Assembly (NCBI GenBank): GCA_024998565.1 | Contig: JACOEM010000012.1 | Location: forward strand, 45,403 to 109,402 | Length of the DNA stretch: 64,000 nucleotides | Direction of reading: 5' to 3' | From: Nitrospira sp. | GTDB lineage: Bacteria > Nitrospirota > Nitrospiria > Nitrospirales > Nitrospiraceae | Shown here: positions 1 to 12,930 of the stretch, in pieces | Layout: every line of letters begins with the position of its first letter | How positions within the stretch are numbered: the first letter of the stretch is position 1 | Program-made: the position numbers and the translations under genes | The notes under the pieces: generated by a model | Databases searched by the model: none | The model's input: the letters and a program-made list of their open reading frames with translations, nothing else | Told to the model about the DNA's origin: nothing

Positions 1-1
1 T

Positions 2-709
2 ACCGTGGCCGATGCCGTGAAGAAGACCGACTGCGATACCTCTTTGATTTTTGTGCCGCCGCCATTTTGTGCGGATGCGATCCTGGAAGCCGCTGATGCA
101 GGTGTCAAACTGATCATCTGCATCACCGAAGGCATTCCCGTGAACGATATGGTGAAGGTGAAACGTGCGTTGCATGGACGTGATGTCCGATTAATCGGCC
201 CCAATTGCCCAGGCGTCATCACAGTGGATGAAGCCAAGATCGGGATCATGCCCGGATTCATCCATAAACGTGGTGTAGTCGGTGTCGTGTCCCGCAGCGG
301 CACCTTGACGTATGAAGCCGTTCATCAACTATCGACGTTGGGTCTCGGAGAAACGACCTGTGTGGGAATCGGCGGAGATCCCGTCAACGGCACGGGTTTC
401 GTGGATGTCTTGCCCTTGTTCGAACAAGATTCTGAAACACAGGCGGTTGTGATGATCGGCGAAATAGGCGGCGACGCGGAAGAGAAGGCGGCCGAATATA
501 TTAAGAAGCACGTCAAGAAGCCAGTGATCAGTTTCATTGCCGGGATCACGGCCCCGCCGGGGCGACGCATGGGACATGCAGGCGCCATCATTTCAGGCGG
601 CAAGGGGACGGCAACGGAAAAAATGAAAGCGTTGGAAGCTGCCGGTGTACGAGTCGTCAAGAATCCTGCTGAGATCGGGCAGGCCGTGAAGGCGGCACTC
701 GGTCGCTAG
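2..709 (+). CDS. sucD: Succinyl-CoA synthetase alpha subunit (5' truncated by window edge)
   Basis: Motifs [23 protein letters not shown] and RMGHAGA (phospho-His); frame open from window start. Confidence 0.97.
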   Translation, partial: TVADAVKKTDCDTSLIFVPPPFCADAILEAADAGVKLIICITEGIPVNDMVKVKRALHGRDVRLIGPNCPGVITVDEAKIGIMPGFIHKRGVVGVVSRSGTLTYEAVHQLSTLGLGETTCVGIGGDPVNGTGFVDVLPLFEQDSETQAVVMIGEIGGDAEEKAAEYIKKHVKKPVISFIAGITAPPGRRMGHAGAIISGGKGTATEKMKALEAAGVRVVKNPAEIGQAVKAALGR

Positions 710-726
710 CCAGGGATCTCTTCTAG

Positions 727-760
727 AGAGGGCGTCGGATCAGATCCGTCGCCCTCTTTG
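727..760 (+). terminator. Intrinsic terminator-like hairpin after sucD
   Basis: AGAGGGCG/CGCCCTCT plus CGGATC/GATCCG arms followed by a short T tract, 18 nt after the stop. Confidence 0.6.
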
Positions 761-998
761 CGTTTGTACCGCCTAAATCATACCGCCAGTCAACGGCTGA
801 GGGGCGCCGATGTTACCGACGTCCCATTCTCGGTGTCAGATTCTTCCCTTTTTCCCTCTTGCGAGACGTGGTACTGTAGGACGCCTCACGTGGGTCGATT
901 GGCCTGAGTGATTTGGTCTCTCTACAATGAGAACCTGGATCCTCCGTCCGCGAGCAAAATGAGGAATCCGGTTACTGTCCCGATGAAAGGACGTTACT

Positions 999-2633
999 AT
1001 GCTGGTGTTTCTGATACATGTGCGCGATCCCCAGTTTTATGCCCTTCCGGCGAAGACGCGAGCTAAGAACGGGCGTATTCGGGTCATGGGGTTTCCGCCC
1101 ATCGGCATTATGTCGCTGTCGTCGGTGTTGAAGCGGGCAGGACATGAATGCGTGATGTTCGATCAGGCACATCCTGAGACTCCCAATGAGTTCATTATCG
1201 AAGAAATCAAACGACGGAAGCCCGCCTTGGTGGGTCTTAGCTTCCTCAGTACTACGAGCTATCCCTATGCAAAAATTCTTGCTCGCCAGATTCGTGCGGC
1301 CGATACCAACGTCAAGTTGGCCTTTGGTGGCGTATTTGCCAGTCTCAATGCGGGGTTGGTGAAGCTACAGTGTCCGGAAGTCGACTTTGTGTGTCGAGGC
1401 GACGGGGAGCAGTTGTTACTGGACTTGCTCGACCGTCTTGATGATCCGCAAGAGGTGGGCGGTGTCACTTGGGCGAAAGACGGCAAGGTGATCAATAATC
1501 CCAACAGAACGATGGAGCGCCACCTGGACCAGTGGCCATTTCCTGACCGGGAAAGCCTGGAGTTAGACTTCGTCGAGTCGATGCCGTTGGATGTGCCGGC
1601 CGTGCTGTCGATGGAGCGATTTACGACCATGCAGACTTCGCGGGGCTGTCCGTGGCCCTGTGTCTTCTGTGACATCCCGATTTTTAATGAGGGCAAGTGG
1701 CGGGCGCGTAGCGCGCAACACGTCGTTGATGAGCTGAAGTACCTCGAGGCGAATGGGTACGGATCGGTCTATTTCGTCGATGATCACTTTTTGCTGCAGC
1801 CGAAGCGGATCGATGCGATTTGTAAAGGGATCATCGATGCCAAACTGACAATCCAATGGGGAATCGAAGGCCGGGTTGATTCTGTGGCCCAGCACCTCTT
1901 CCCCGCCATGGCTCAGGCGCATTGCCGGACGGTGATGTTCGGCATCGAAAGCGGCAGCCAGAAAATTCTGGATCGCCTCCAGAAGGAGCAGACGCTCGCC
2001 GAGGTTGAGACCGCCGTTAGAAACGCCAAGAAGGCTGGGATCGAAATCGTTCACGGTTTCTTTACTGTGGGCAATCCAGACGAAACCGTCGAGGATATGC
2101 AGAAGACGTTTGATTTCGCCTCGAAATTGCCTTTGGACACGTTTGGATTCAATCGGCTGTGCGTTTATCGGGGCACGCCTCTGTGGCAGGAATATATCAA
2201 GCGTGGATTGGTGAGCGACGCCAAGGATTGGTACAAGTATTTTAAGTGTTCGGAGATTGATCCGACCTGTTTGCCGGGGGCGGTCATTAATTCAGTTCGC
2301 CAAGAGGGGCTGAAGAAGCTGTTTATGTATAAGCTCACCCGATATCCGATTCAGACCTTCAAGCTGCTGCGCCGCTTCTTGCGTTTCATGCCGTTCCGTG
2401 ATGTGGCCTATCTCATTATCAAGCCGTTCCTGGGCCAGAAGAAGGGGGCGACGAAGGCCGAAGTATTGTCGCGGGCGGTGGAGCATGCGGAGATGAAAGA
2501 CGCCGCAGCGCAATTGACCCAGCTGAGCGATGAGTTGCTGCACAGTGTGCTGGAAGAGTCGAAAGCCGAACGCCAGCGGATTCAGCAGGAGGCCGAAGGA
2601 TCCCGCGAACTTCCCATGGTCAACTCACGTTAG
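999..2633 (+). CDS. Cobalamin-binding radical SAM protein (class B methyltransferase-like)
   Basis: N-terminal PPIGIMSLSSVLK B12-binding-type domain, CxxxCxxC (CPWPCVFC), GIESGS; AAAGGA RBS. Confidence 0.9.
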   Translation: MLVFLIHVRDPQFYALPAKTRAKNGRIRVMGFPPIGIMSLSSVLKRAGHECVMFDQAHPETPNEFIIEEIKRRKPALVGLSFLSTTSYPYAKILARQIRAADTNVKLAFGGVFASLNAGLVKLQCPEVDFVCRGDGEQLLLDLLDRLDDPQEVGGVTWAKDGKVINNPNRTMERHLDQWPFPDRESLELDFVESMPLDVPAVLSMERFTTMQTSRGCPWPCVFCDIPIFNEGKWRARSAQHVVDELKYLEANGYGSVYFVDDHFLLQPKRIDAICKGIIDAKLTIQWGIEGRVDSVAQHLFPAMAQAHCRTVMFGIESGSQKILDRLQKEQTLAEVETAVRNAKKAGIEIVHGFFTVGNPDETVEDMQKTFDFASKLPLDTFGFNRLCVYRGTPLWQEYIKRGLVSDAKDWYKYFKCSEIDPTCLPGAVINSVRQEGLKKLFMYKLTRYPIQTFKLLRRFLRFMPFRDVAYLIIKPFLGQKKGATKAEVLSRAVEHAEMKDAAAQLTQLSDELLHSVLEESKAERQRIQQEAEGSRELPMVNSR

Positions 2634-3027
2634 TCTGCACAAGGTTCGCCATGTTCTGTCAGCTGTCCCTGTGCTTCAGCAAGTGAGGCCTGGGGAGGCC
2701 CAGACTTGACGTTTTCTGCATCTATTTAGCCGGAGCTGAACCTGCGTCTGTTGTGCTTCGAAGTTACTCCCTCTGCTCTCAGGTTCCACAGCAACTATTC
2801 CTACTATCCCGATCAAGCCTGAGGCTTGCGGTGTGTGGTTGTTCCATGGCAACTCGCCAGAGGCTACGCCAGATATCCGGTATGATTGCGAGGAAGTTAT
2901 AGAGCGCAGGGAGACAGAGTAGGAGGAGCGTCCGGAGTGACTTGAGGCGTTCGTGTAGCCGCTCAGAGTTGCACGGTGGATGGGCCGGAGTTGCCACGAG
3001 GCTAACTCCGGCCTTCTCCCAAGAGTG

Positions 3028-5539
<2,512 letters not shown>

Positions 5540-5735
5540 TGTTCCCCCTGGAATTGAAGTGATACGAGGATGCGGCGGTTGAAGTCAGGTGGCACGGCGA
5601 CTGATTGTGGAAGACGCGACGCTTAAGATGATTGGACAACTCCGCAAAAAACTAAGGCAATAGTAGCTGACCGGTCGGTTTTTGTCCACCGTTCTGGTGG
5701 AATTGGTTGAGTCTCGCGTCGGACAAGTGTCTTGC

Positions 5736-5765
5736 TTGACAGTCCTTTAAGTCGACTTGTAAGAT
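5736..5765 (+). promoter_or_regulatory. Candidate sigma70 promoter of cytochrome c biogenesis operon
   Basis: TTGACA-18nt-TAAGAT about 170 nt upstream of the resB-like start. Confidence 0.4.
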
Positions 5766-5937
5766 AGCTTACTTTTCGCGTATTTGGAACATTTTTCATC
5801 ATAAACGCTCCGCCTCGGCACTTCCAACCTCGTGGTATCGGCCTGCATTGGCGCAGGATTCCACACGCAGCTCGTCATTGGGTATGATGATGGGATTTGT
5901 ATGACAGCCAGGTCGAAGCAGCTAGGTATGTTGATTC

Positions 5938-7374
5938 ATGAACGATAAACCCGATGCAGCATCCGATGTGAGCGCATCCGCTCCGCGCACTTCAGGCCTT
6001 GGCTGGGAGGAGTTTTCGCGCGAGGTCGTGGATTTTTTTGCTTCGATCAAGCTGGCGATGTTTCTGTTCATTGTGCTCGCCATGACTGCGACGATCGGCA
6101 CGGTCATTCAGCAGGGTGAGCGCCCGGAAACCTATGTGCAGGAATATGGAGAAGAAGCCTATCGTTGGTTCCTTCGATTGGGTTTTACCGACGTCTATCA
6201 CACCTGGTGGTTCACCAGTCTGCTGGGTCTCCTGTGCGTCAATTCTCTCACCTGTTTCCATAAACGGTTTCCCAGTGTGTGGCGGTCCATGCGGCAGGAC
6301 AAGGTCAGTGTGTCGCTGGCCTTTATCCAGGGCATGAAACAGCAGACTACCCTTTCGCTCAATCAGTCGAGAGAAGCCGTAGCCGAAGGGCTGGTAAAGC
6401 TCTTTGCCGAAAAGGGCTACCGGGTGCTGGCCAAGAGCGATCCCGGAGAAGTGACGGTCTATGCGACCAAGGGGATTATGGGCCGGGTCGGCGCGCATGT
6501 GGCCCACCTCAGCGCTACGGTCATCGTGCTCGGAGGACTGCTGGGCAGCTATTATGGATTTCAGGAGTTCGGGGTGTGTCTCGAAGGCCAGACCTACCAC
6601 ATTCCGCGCGGCAACTTCGATCTTCGTGTCGATAAGTTCTGGATCGACTACCATGAGAACGGATCGGTAAAATCCTACAACAGCACCTTGACCGTGATCG
6701 ATCAAGGCACTCCCACCACAACCAAGACAATTACGGTGAACGATCCCTTGGTCTACAAGGGGATCTGGTTTTACCAATCCAGTTATGGGGATGCGTGGGA
6801 TCAAATCGAGGCGGCTCGAATCAACATTAAGGAGAAGGGCAGCGACAAGATTATTGCGACGGTCGATTTGGAATGGAATAAGGAAAAGGCCGTCGACGGT
6901 CTTCCATTGAAGATGAAGATGACGGATTTTGTGGCCGACTTCGCGTTTAATTCAACCGAGAAGAAGGTGTTCTCAAAAACCGCAGAGCATGCCAATCCCG
7001 CCATTCGGCTGGCGGTTGATGAGCGGAGTAGCGTGCAGTCCACTCCCTGGGTGTTCTATCACTATCCAGACCTCTTTGAGATCAAGGATTCCGCATACCA
7101 ATTTGAATTCATCGGTTATCAGCCGAAGAAGTTTACCGGGCTGCAGATTGCCAGAAATCCGGGCATCAATATGGTCTGGATCGGGTGTACGATGCTGGTG
7201 GTGGGCATGACGCTCTCGTCGCTGATTTATCATCGGCGGTTATGGGCGAAGATCATTCCCGGCGAGTCCGGTGTCACGCTCCATCTTGGCGGAACAACGC
7301 ACAAAAGCCAGATCGATTTCCAAAAAGAGTTCAGGAAGTTGACGGAAAAAATTAACGCCCAGGCTCAATCCTGA
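5938..7374 (+). CDS. resB: Cytochrome c biogenesis protein ResB/Ccs1 (system II)
   Basis: N-terminal TM helices, IGTVIQQ, DVYHTWWF, conserved AHLS, TITVNDPLVYKG, C-terminal DPG-like NPG + TM. Confidence 0.88.
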   Translation: MNDKPDAASDVSASAPRTSGLGWEEFSREVVDFFASIKLAMFLFIVLAMTATIGTVIQQGERPETYVQEYGEEAYRWFLRLGFTDVYHTWWFTSLLGLLCVNSLTCFHKRFPSVWRSMRQDKVSVSLAFIQGMKQQTTLSLNQSREAVAEGLVKLFAEKGYRVLAKSDPGEVTVYATKGIMGRVGAHVAHLSATVIVLGGLLGSYYGFQEFGVCLEGQTYHIPRGNFDLRVDKFWIDYHENGSVKSYNSTLTVIDQGTPTTTKTITVNDPLVYKGIWFYQSSYGDAWDQIEAARINIKEKGSDKIIATVDLEWNKEKAVDGLPLKMKMTDFVADFAFNSTEKKVFSKTAEHANPAIRLAVDERSSVQSTPWVFYHYPDLFEIKDSAYQFEFIGYQPKKFTGLQIARNPGINMVWIGCTMLVVGMTLSSLIYHRRLWAKIIPGESGVTLHLGGTTHKSQIDFQKEFRKLTEKINAQAQS

Positions 7375-7451
7375 AGATCGCTGCCGCGCGACGGTGAGCA
7401 ACGTTTCATTCGGTCTGCGCTGCACGCTAGGATAGATAGACGGAGGTCCGT

Positions 7452-8366
7452 ATGATGCGATCACTGTTCCTCTTCGATATGACGTTCTGGCTGTATTTAG
7501 CCGCGTTAGGGCTGTATGTGGCCTATCTGTTCGCGAAACGTCCTGCCATGCAGATGGTTCCGGCCGGGCATCCGGTGGAGGACCTCGAAGAACGTGATGG
7601 TGCATGGGCCACACAATTGGGGCAGGTGGCGACGCTCGTCACCGTGTTCGGGTGGGTGCTGAACACGTTGGCCCTCACGACGCGGGCATTTGAGCGAATG
7701 GAGCATTCAGGCACCTTTGCGCCCTGGTCCAACCAGTTTGAGGCCATGGCCTATGTGTCCTGGGCTATCATCCTGGGTTACGTGCTTCTCGAATTCCGTT
7801 ACAGGATCAAGGCCGTCGGAGCCTTTGTGGTGGGCATCGGGTTTATCGCCATGGGCGCCGCATCGCTCTTGCCCTATCGATACCAGACGGCAGAGCCGCT
7901 CGTTCCGGCCCTGAACAGCTACTGGATTTATATCCATGTTTCAGTCACGTTGACCAGTTACGCGGCGTTTGCCATGGCCGGTGGATTGGGCCTGATGTAT
8001 CTCTTCAAAGAACGGGCGGTCAATCGTGGCAGTCAGTCGCGGTTTTATGCCGCCTTTCCCGATCTCGAGACCATTGATGAGCTGGGCTATAAGGCGATCA
8101 TGCTGGGGTTTCCGCTGCTGGCCTTCGGAATCATCCTCGGCGCCATGTGGGCAAACTATGCCTGGGGCGGGTACTGGAGCTGGGATCCCAAGGAGACTTG
8201 GTCGTTGATCGTATGGCTGATCTATGGCGCCTATATTCATGCGCGTATGACCCGAGGGTGGGAGGGGCATAAAGCGGCGATCTACGCGATCTTTGGTTTT
8301 CTCATGGTCATTTTCTGTTTCTGGGGTGTGAATTTTCTCCTCTCCGGTCTGCATGCTTACGCCTAA
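7452..8366 (+). CDS. ccsA: Cytochrome c biogenesis protein CcsA/ResC
   Basis: WIYIHV, tryptophan-rich WGGYWSWDPKETW (WWD) motif, GLHAYA C-terminus. Confidence 0.95.
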   Translation: MMRSLFLFDMTFWLYLAALGLYVAYLFAKRPAMQMVPAGHPVEDLEERDGAWATQLGQVATLVTVFGWVLNTLALTTRAFERMEHSGTFAPWSNQFEAMAYVSWAIILGYVLLEFRYRIKAVGAFVVGIGFIAMGAASLLPYRYQTAEPLVPALNSYWIYIHVSVTLTSYAAFAMAGGLGLMYLFKERAVNRGSQSRFYAAFPDLETIDELGYKAIMLGFPLLAFGIILGAMWANYAWGGYWSWDPKETWSLIVWLIYGAYIHARMTRGWEGHKAAIYAIFGFLMVIFCFWGVNFLLSGLHAYA

Positions 8367-8369
8367 ACC

Positions 8370-8993
8370 ATGACAGAGCACATCAACCAGAGTCCTGCTC
8401 ATACTGCGCCACGAACCGGCCCGTCCCGTATCGTGGTGGTGATCGCCGCTGCGGCCATTCTAGGCGTGATGTTTCTCGTGGTCTGGCTACAGAGTTCCAA
8501 GTACGAACCACTGGTGGTGGGAAAAGAGGCGCCGGATTTCCAATTGCCCGACCTGAATGAGAAGCCACTGCGGTTATCTGACTATCGCGGCAAAGTGGTT
8601 TTCTTGAATTTCTGGGCAACCTGGTGCAAACCGTGCCGTGAAGAAATGCCCTCAATGGAAGTGTTGTACAAGAACTTCGAGAAGGACGGCCTGGTAATCC
8701 TGGCGGTCAGTATTGACCGGGTAACAACGAAGAAAGAAATCCCCCCGTTCGTGAAGGGGATGAACCTCACGTTTCCCGTACTGGTTGATTCTTGGGGCCA
8801 GACCGACAAGCGCTACAAGTTGATGGGAGTCCCCGAAACCTACATCATTGATCAGCAGGGTGTCCTGCGTGAAAAAGTGATCGGGCCTCGGGATTGGACA
8901 CGATTGGATAATCTCAAGGTGTTGACCCAATTGCTCAAGCCTGCGGAGAAGGCCGCCCATGCGACTCCTGCTCAGGCGCTGCCAACGTCGTAA
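8370..8993 (+). CDS. TlpA/ResA-family thiol-disulfide oxidoreductase
   Basis: N-terminal TM anchor, FWATWCKPC, GVPETY. Confidence 0.9.
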   Translation: MTEHINQSPAHTAPRTGPSRIVVVIAAAAILGVMFLVVWLQSSKYEPLVVGKEAPDFQLPDLNEKPLRLSDYRGKVVFLNFWATWCKPCREEMPSMEVLYKNFEKDGLVILAVSIDRVTTKKEIPPFVKGMNLTFPVLVDSWGQTDKRYKLMGVPETYIIDQQGVLREKVIGPRDWTRLDNLKVLTQLLKPAEKAAHATPAQALPTS

Positions 8994-8998
8994 CGGCG

Positions 8999-9562
8999 AT
9001 GATGACTCGTTACTCAATTCTGTCCGTGGTCGGCGCCGTCATGATGCTCTGTGGAGGATTATCTGCAGACGCCCGCGGGGCATTGGCTTCCTCGCCGGCC
9101 GTGCCGATGCCGGTCGTCGAGCGTATTCCTCAGGTCGATGAAGAGGCGCCGAATTTCCTGTTGAGGGACTCCGAGGGGTTCAACGTCACACTCGATCAGT
9201 TCCGAGGAAAAGTCGTGCTCTTAAATTTCTGGGCGACCTGGTGCGGGCCCTGCAAAATCGAGATGCCGGCGATGGAGCGTCTGTATCGAAGCTTCAGCCG
9301 CAAGGATTTTGAGATTCTCGCGGTCTCGACCGACGCCCAGGGTGCCGCCGTGACCCGTCCCTTTCAGCGCGAAGTGGGTTTTACCTTCCCGGTGCTCCAC
9401 GACGCCGATTTTCGCATCGGGCTTCAGTATGGCGCACGCCAGCTCCCGATGACCTTTCTGATCGATCGCAAGGGTATTATTCGAAACCGGATTCCAGGGG
9501 CCAGAGACTGGAGCGCTCCTGCCGGGAAGCGTCTGGTTGAATCGCTGTTGCAGGGGTCCTAA
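8999..9562 (+). CDS. TlpA/ResA-family thiol-disulfide oxidoreductase (second copy)
   Basis: Signal/TM segment, FWATWCGPC, LPMTF. Confidence 0.9.
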   Translation: MMTRYSILSVVGAVMMLCGGLSADARGALASSPAVPMPVVERIPQVDEEAPNFLLRDSEGFNVTLDQFRGKVVLLNFWATWCGPCKIEMPAMERLYRSFSRKDFEILAVSTDAQGAAVTRPFQREVGFTFPVLHDADFRIGLQYGARQLPMTFLIDRKGIIRNRIPGARDWSAPAGKRLVESLLQGS

Positions 9563-9564
9563 GC

Positions 9565-10311
9565 ATGACCGACTCGGTGCAGTCGATTTCATTCGTAGCC
9601 GCCTTTTCCGCCGGGCTGCTGTCGTTCGTGTCGCCCTGCGTGCTGCCGCTCGTCCCGTCCTACATTTCCTACATTACCGGACTCTCGATCGAACAGCTCA
9701 CGGACGTTTCCGAGCGGAATCGCTTCCGGAAAGCGATCATTCTGAATTCCCTGCTGTTCATCGCGGGGTTTTCGACGGTATTTGTCGCGTTCGGGGCATC
9801 GGCCAGCCTCTTGGGCCAGGCGTTGATTACCTACCAGGAGCATCTGCGCCGGTTCGGTGGTATCGTTGTGATTATCTTCGGCCTCTACCTCCTCGGCATC
9901 TTGAATTTGAACTTCCTCAAGATGGAGCACCGGTACCAGTTCCGGAACCGCCCGGCCGGGTTTCTGGGTTCGTTCCTGATCGGCATCGCGTTTGCGGCAG
10001 GCTGGACTCCCTGCGTGGGACCTGTCCTGGGGACGATCCTGCTTTATGCCAGTACGACTGAATCGATGCTCAGTGGTGTGGTCTTGCTGACGTTTTACTC
10101 GCTGGGGTTAGCGCTACCGCTGTTTCTCACCGCGCTCGGCGTCGATCGATTTCTCAGTTACTTCAAAGAAGTGCGCGCCTATCTTTGGGGTGTGTCGACG
10201 GTGAGCGGCGTACTGCTCATCGTGGTGGGTGTGATGATCTATGCCAATTCGCTGACCATGATCACGAGCTTTCTCGAACGCTATGGGATTGGCTGGTACC
10301 TCGGTCAGTAA
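9565..10311 (+). CDS. ccdA: Cytochrome c biogenesis protein CcdA (DsbD TM domain)
   Basis: SFVSPCVLPLVP and GWTPCVGP motifs, multiple TM helices. Confidence 0.93.
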   Translation: MTDSVQSISFVAAFSAGLLSFVSPCVLPLVPSYISYITGLSIEQLTDVSERNRFRKAIILNSLLFIAGFSTVFVAFGASASLLGQALITYQEHLRRFGGIVVIIFGLYLLGILNLNFLKMEHRYQFRNRPAGFLGSFLIGIAFAAGWTPCVGPVLGTILLYASTTESMLSGVVLLTFYSLGLALPLFLTALGVDRFLSYFKEVRAYLWGVSTVSGVLLIVVGVMIYANSLTMITSFLERYGIGWYLGQ

Positions 10312-10430
10312 CTCTGCCCCATTTCTCCCTTTCCTATCGGGCTCCTCCTTGACGCCTGCGTTACAGTGCGTGTTCGATCCTTGGCTCATGCCGGGTGGGA
10401 GCTCTGTGTCCTTCAATTGGTGGCTGCGGC

Positions 10431-11639
10431 ATGGCTGATAGGCAATTGGCCACAACCTACGATGTGATTATTGTCGGAATGGGGCCGGCGGGAGCGGTTG
10501 CTGCTGCGGCTCTCTGTCGTGGGGGCTTGACCGTACTCGGTTTCGATAAGGACGCCCATCCCCGTTACAAGGTGTGCGGGGGAGGGCTCTCGGCGCGTAT
10601 CGACCGGCTCCTGGAACCCGGCTTCAAATCGGTTGTCGAACAGACGGTCAATGGGGTTCAGTTTGTCTATCGCGGGCAGGATCCGCTCCTCATTGAATCC
10701 TCTCAGCCGATCGCCTACATGGTCATGCGAGATCGTTTCGATCACTACCTCGTGCAACAAGCGATTCAGGCCGGAGCCGAACTCCGGACCGGTGAGGGGG
10801 TGGTCGAGATCACTCAGGATTCCGATGGAGTGGACGTGGTGACGCAGGAGGGACGTTATCGCGCACAGATGGTGATCGGTGCGGATGGCGCCAATAGTCT
10901 GGTTGCACGGCAGCTGTTTCCCAACCGTTCCCTGTATCGGGCGCCGGCGCTTGAAAGTGAGGTGCGGCTCGGGAATAGCCGTCACTATCCGAGCGCCTCC
11001 ACGATCCTTGTCGATGTGGGGGCCGCCCGTCAGGGGTATGGATGGATTTTTCCCAAGGAGAATGGCCTGTCTGTGGGGGTAGGGGAGTTTCGTCGCAAAT
11101 CGAGCGGTTTGCGTACGACTTTCGATCGGTTTGTCAGCGAAGCGCAGGGGTTGTCCGGCCGGACGGTGCCGCGGCCGATCGGGCATCCAATCCCTGCCTA
11201 TTCAGATTCTGAAGGCGGGCAGCGTGAGGGCATTGGCTCCCCGTTCATCAGGGGACGAGCGGCATTGGTGGGCGACGCGGGGCACTTGGTCGACCCGCTG
11301 TTCGGGGAAGGAATTTATTATGCAGTTCGTTCCGGACAGCTCGTTGCCAGGGCGATACTGGGGAATCGTCATGATCATCGCAGATCGTTAGCCGACTATG
11401 TGGCCGCACTCGAGCGGGATATCTTGCCGGATTTCAGAATCACCGCGAGAATTGCCCGGGTCATCTATGCCTTCCCCCGCCTCGGCTTCAAGCTTCTCCG
11501 TCGCTACCAGGATGTGGTGCAGTCCTATTTTGAAGTTCTGCAGGGACGTACCACGGCCGCACAATTCTTGCCAGACGCGAAGAAACGCCTCAAGGCGTCG
11601 GTCAACGACTTGCTGCTCGAAGCATTACATTTACGATAG
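10431..11639 (+). CDS. Geranylgeranyl reductase-family FAD oxidoreductase
   Basis: GMGPAG Rossmann motif, KVCGGG, GADGANS, GYGWIFP, GDAGHLVDPLFGEGIYYA. Confidence 0.88.
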   Translation: MADRQLATTYDVIIVGMGPAGAVAAAALCRGGLTVLGFDKDAHPRYKVCGGGLSARIDRLLEPGFKSVVEQTVNGVQFVYRGQDPLLIESSQPIAYMVMRDRFDHYLVQQAIQAGAELRTGEGVVEITQDSDGVDVVTQEGRYRAQMVIGADGANSLVARQLFPNRSLYRAPALESEVRLGNSRHYPSASTILVDVGAARQGYGWIFPKENGLSVGVGEFRRKSSGLRTTFDRFVSEAQGLSGRTVPRPIGHPIPAYSDSEGGQREGIGSPFIRGRAALVGDAGHLVDPLFGEGIYYAVRSGQLVARAILGNRHDHRRSLADYVAALERDILPDFRITARIARVIYAFPRLGFKLLRRYQDVVQSYFEVLQGRTTAAQFLPDAKKRLKASVNDLLLEALHLR

Positions 11640-11805
11640 CAGGCAGATGGACACGTCCGCCAGGCGGTTTGGCATGGGCACTGGCGGCCTCACTGTCCCG
11701 GCGGAGTCGCCACTCCATTCGGCGCGGCGTCGATCTCGTAGCAGTCTTGTGGGATGCCTTGTGAAGGCGTGTACATGAGTGGATGAACGGGAGGCTCGTT
11801 GCCTG

Positions 11806-12726
11806 TCAGCACCAGGCGCCGAGCCGGCAGGAAACGAACGGCTGTCCAAGGGAGAGCGCCGGCGAATTCTTGAGGTTGGGGATGCTTGGTGAAGCAGAAG
11901 GCGTGAAGTTCGACGATGGCACCGAGGCCGCAAGCAGCGTTGTCGAAGATTGAGTCTGCGAAGCCGGTGCGTCGGATTTGGCCGCGACGGTCGGCGCAGG
12001 TGCCGACGATTTTTTCTCCAGCTTCGCCAGCAATCGGCGGCCATCACCGGTGTTCTCGCTGTTCGGATACTTCTCGGCTAGAAGTTGAAGCTTTTCCATG
12101 GCCCAATCATCCGCTCCGAGCTCCTGATAGGTGAGGGCCAGATAGTACAAGGCCTCCGGCGCCACCTTCTTATCCGGATAGTCTTTCATAATCTGATCGA
12201 ATCGATGCGCGGCTGCCAGATAGGAGGCACGACGATAGTAAAACTGACCGACGAACAGGTGTGTCTGAGCGAGCCAATCGTGGCAATCGGCAATACGCTG
12301 GAGCGCCTGCGCTTCGTACTTGCTGCCCGGGAAATCCTTCCGCAGTTTTTCAAACGCGGCGATGGCCTTCTGGATCGGTTCCGGGTCCCGGTCGATCGAC
12401 TTGGCCATCCGGAGATGGCTTTCCGCTAAACGGAGCTGGGCATAGACGGCCAGTTGATGGGCCCGATGCAATTCCAGGAAATGCTGGTATTCGACGATCG
12501 CCTCGGCAAACTCCTCCTTGTCGAAGAAGGCCTCACCGCGCTTCATGATCACGTTGGGATCGTAGTTCTTCTCGATCGTGTCGCCGAGGAAGATCTGCTC
12601 ATCCGTGCCGCTTACGGGTTTGGCGTCGGCGGTCGCCTTCGGTTTGCTGGAGCATCCGGCTGCAAACCATAATATGCCCACCACGATAGTGAGAGCGACA
12701 GACAGCCCCCTTGAATGCCTGTGCAT
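11806..12726 (-). CDS. bamD: Outer membrane protein assembly lipoprotein BamD-like
   Basis: Lipobox FAAG-C, TPR helices, FYYRRASYLAA motif typical of BamD/YfiO. Confidence 0.8.
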   Translation of the reverse strand: MHRHSRGLSVALTIVVGILWFAAGCSSKPKATADAKPVSGTDEQIFLGDTIEKNYDPNVIMKRGEAFFDKEEFAEAIVEYQHFLELHRAHQLAVYAQLRLAESHLRMAKSIDRDPEPIQKAIAAFEKLRKDFPGSKYEAQALQRIADCHDWLAQTHLFVGQFYYRRASYLAAAHRFDQIMKDYPDKKVAPEALYYLALTYQELGADDWAMEKLQLLAEKYPNSENTGDGRRLLAKLEKKSSAPAPTVAAKSDAPASQTQSSTTLLAASVPSSNFTPSASPSIPNLKNSPALSLGQPFVSCRLGAWC

Positions 12727-12930
12727 CCAGCGACTCCTTCGGTAAAGACTCGAAACGTGGACTGATCGTAACTACACAATTTTTCTAGCAGATCGGGAAG
12801 GGAAAAGCAACGAATTCGGCTTGTGGAGGTTGACCCTCCTGGGTCCGGGTCCTATAATCTCGCCGCATCTCGTGAAACCGTCTGACGCTTGATCCTTGAC
12901 GGTCTTCAACGACAAGTGAGTAGGAACCCC

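Noticed and set aside
760-998. Cobalamin riboswitch upstream of the radical SAM gene
   Set aside because: No B12 box or recognisable core motifs
2779-2997. 72-aa ORF downstream of ahcY
   Set aside because: No RBS, overlaps a hairpin at 2983-3013, no recognisable features
5540-5700. SAM riboswitch upstream of metK (and SAH riboswitch before ahcY)
   Set aside because: No SAM-I, SAM-II or SAH consensus elements found on the minus strand
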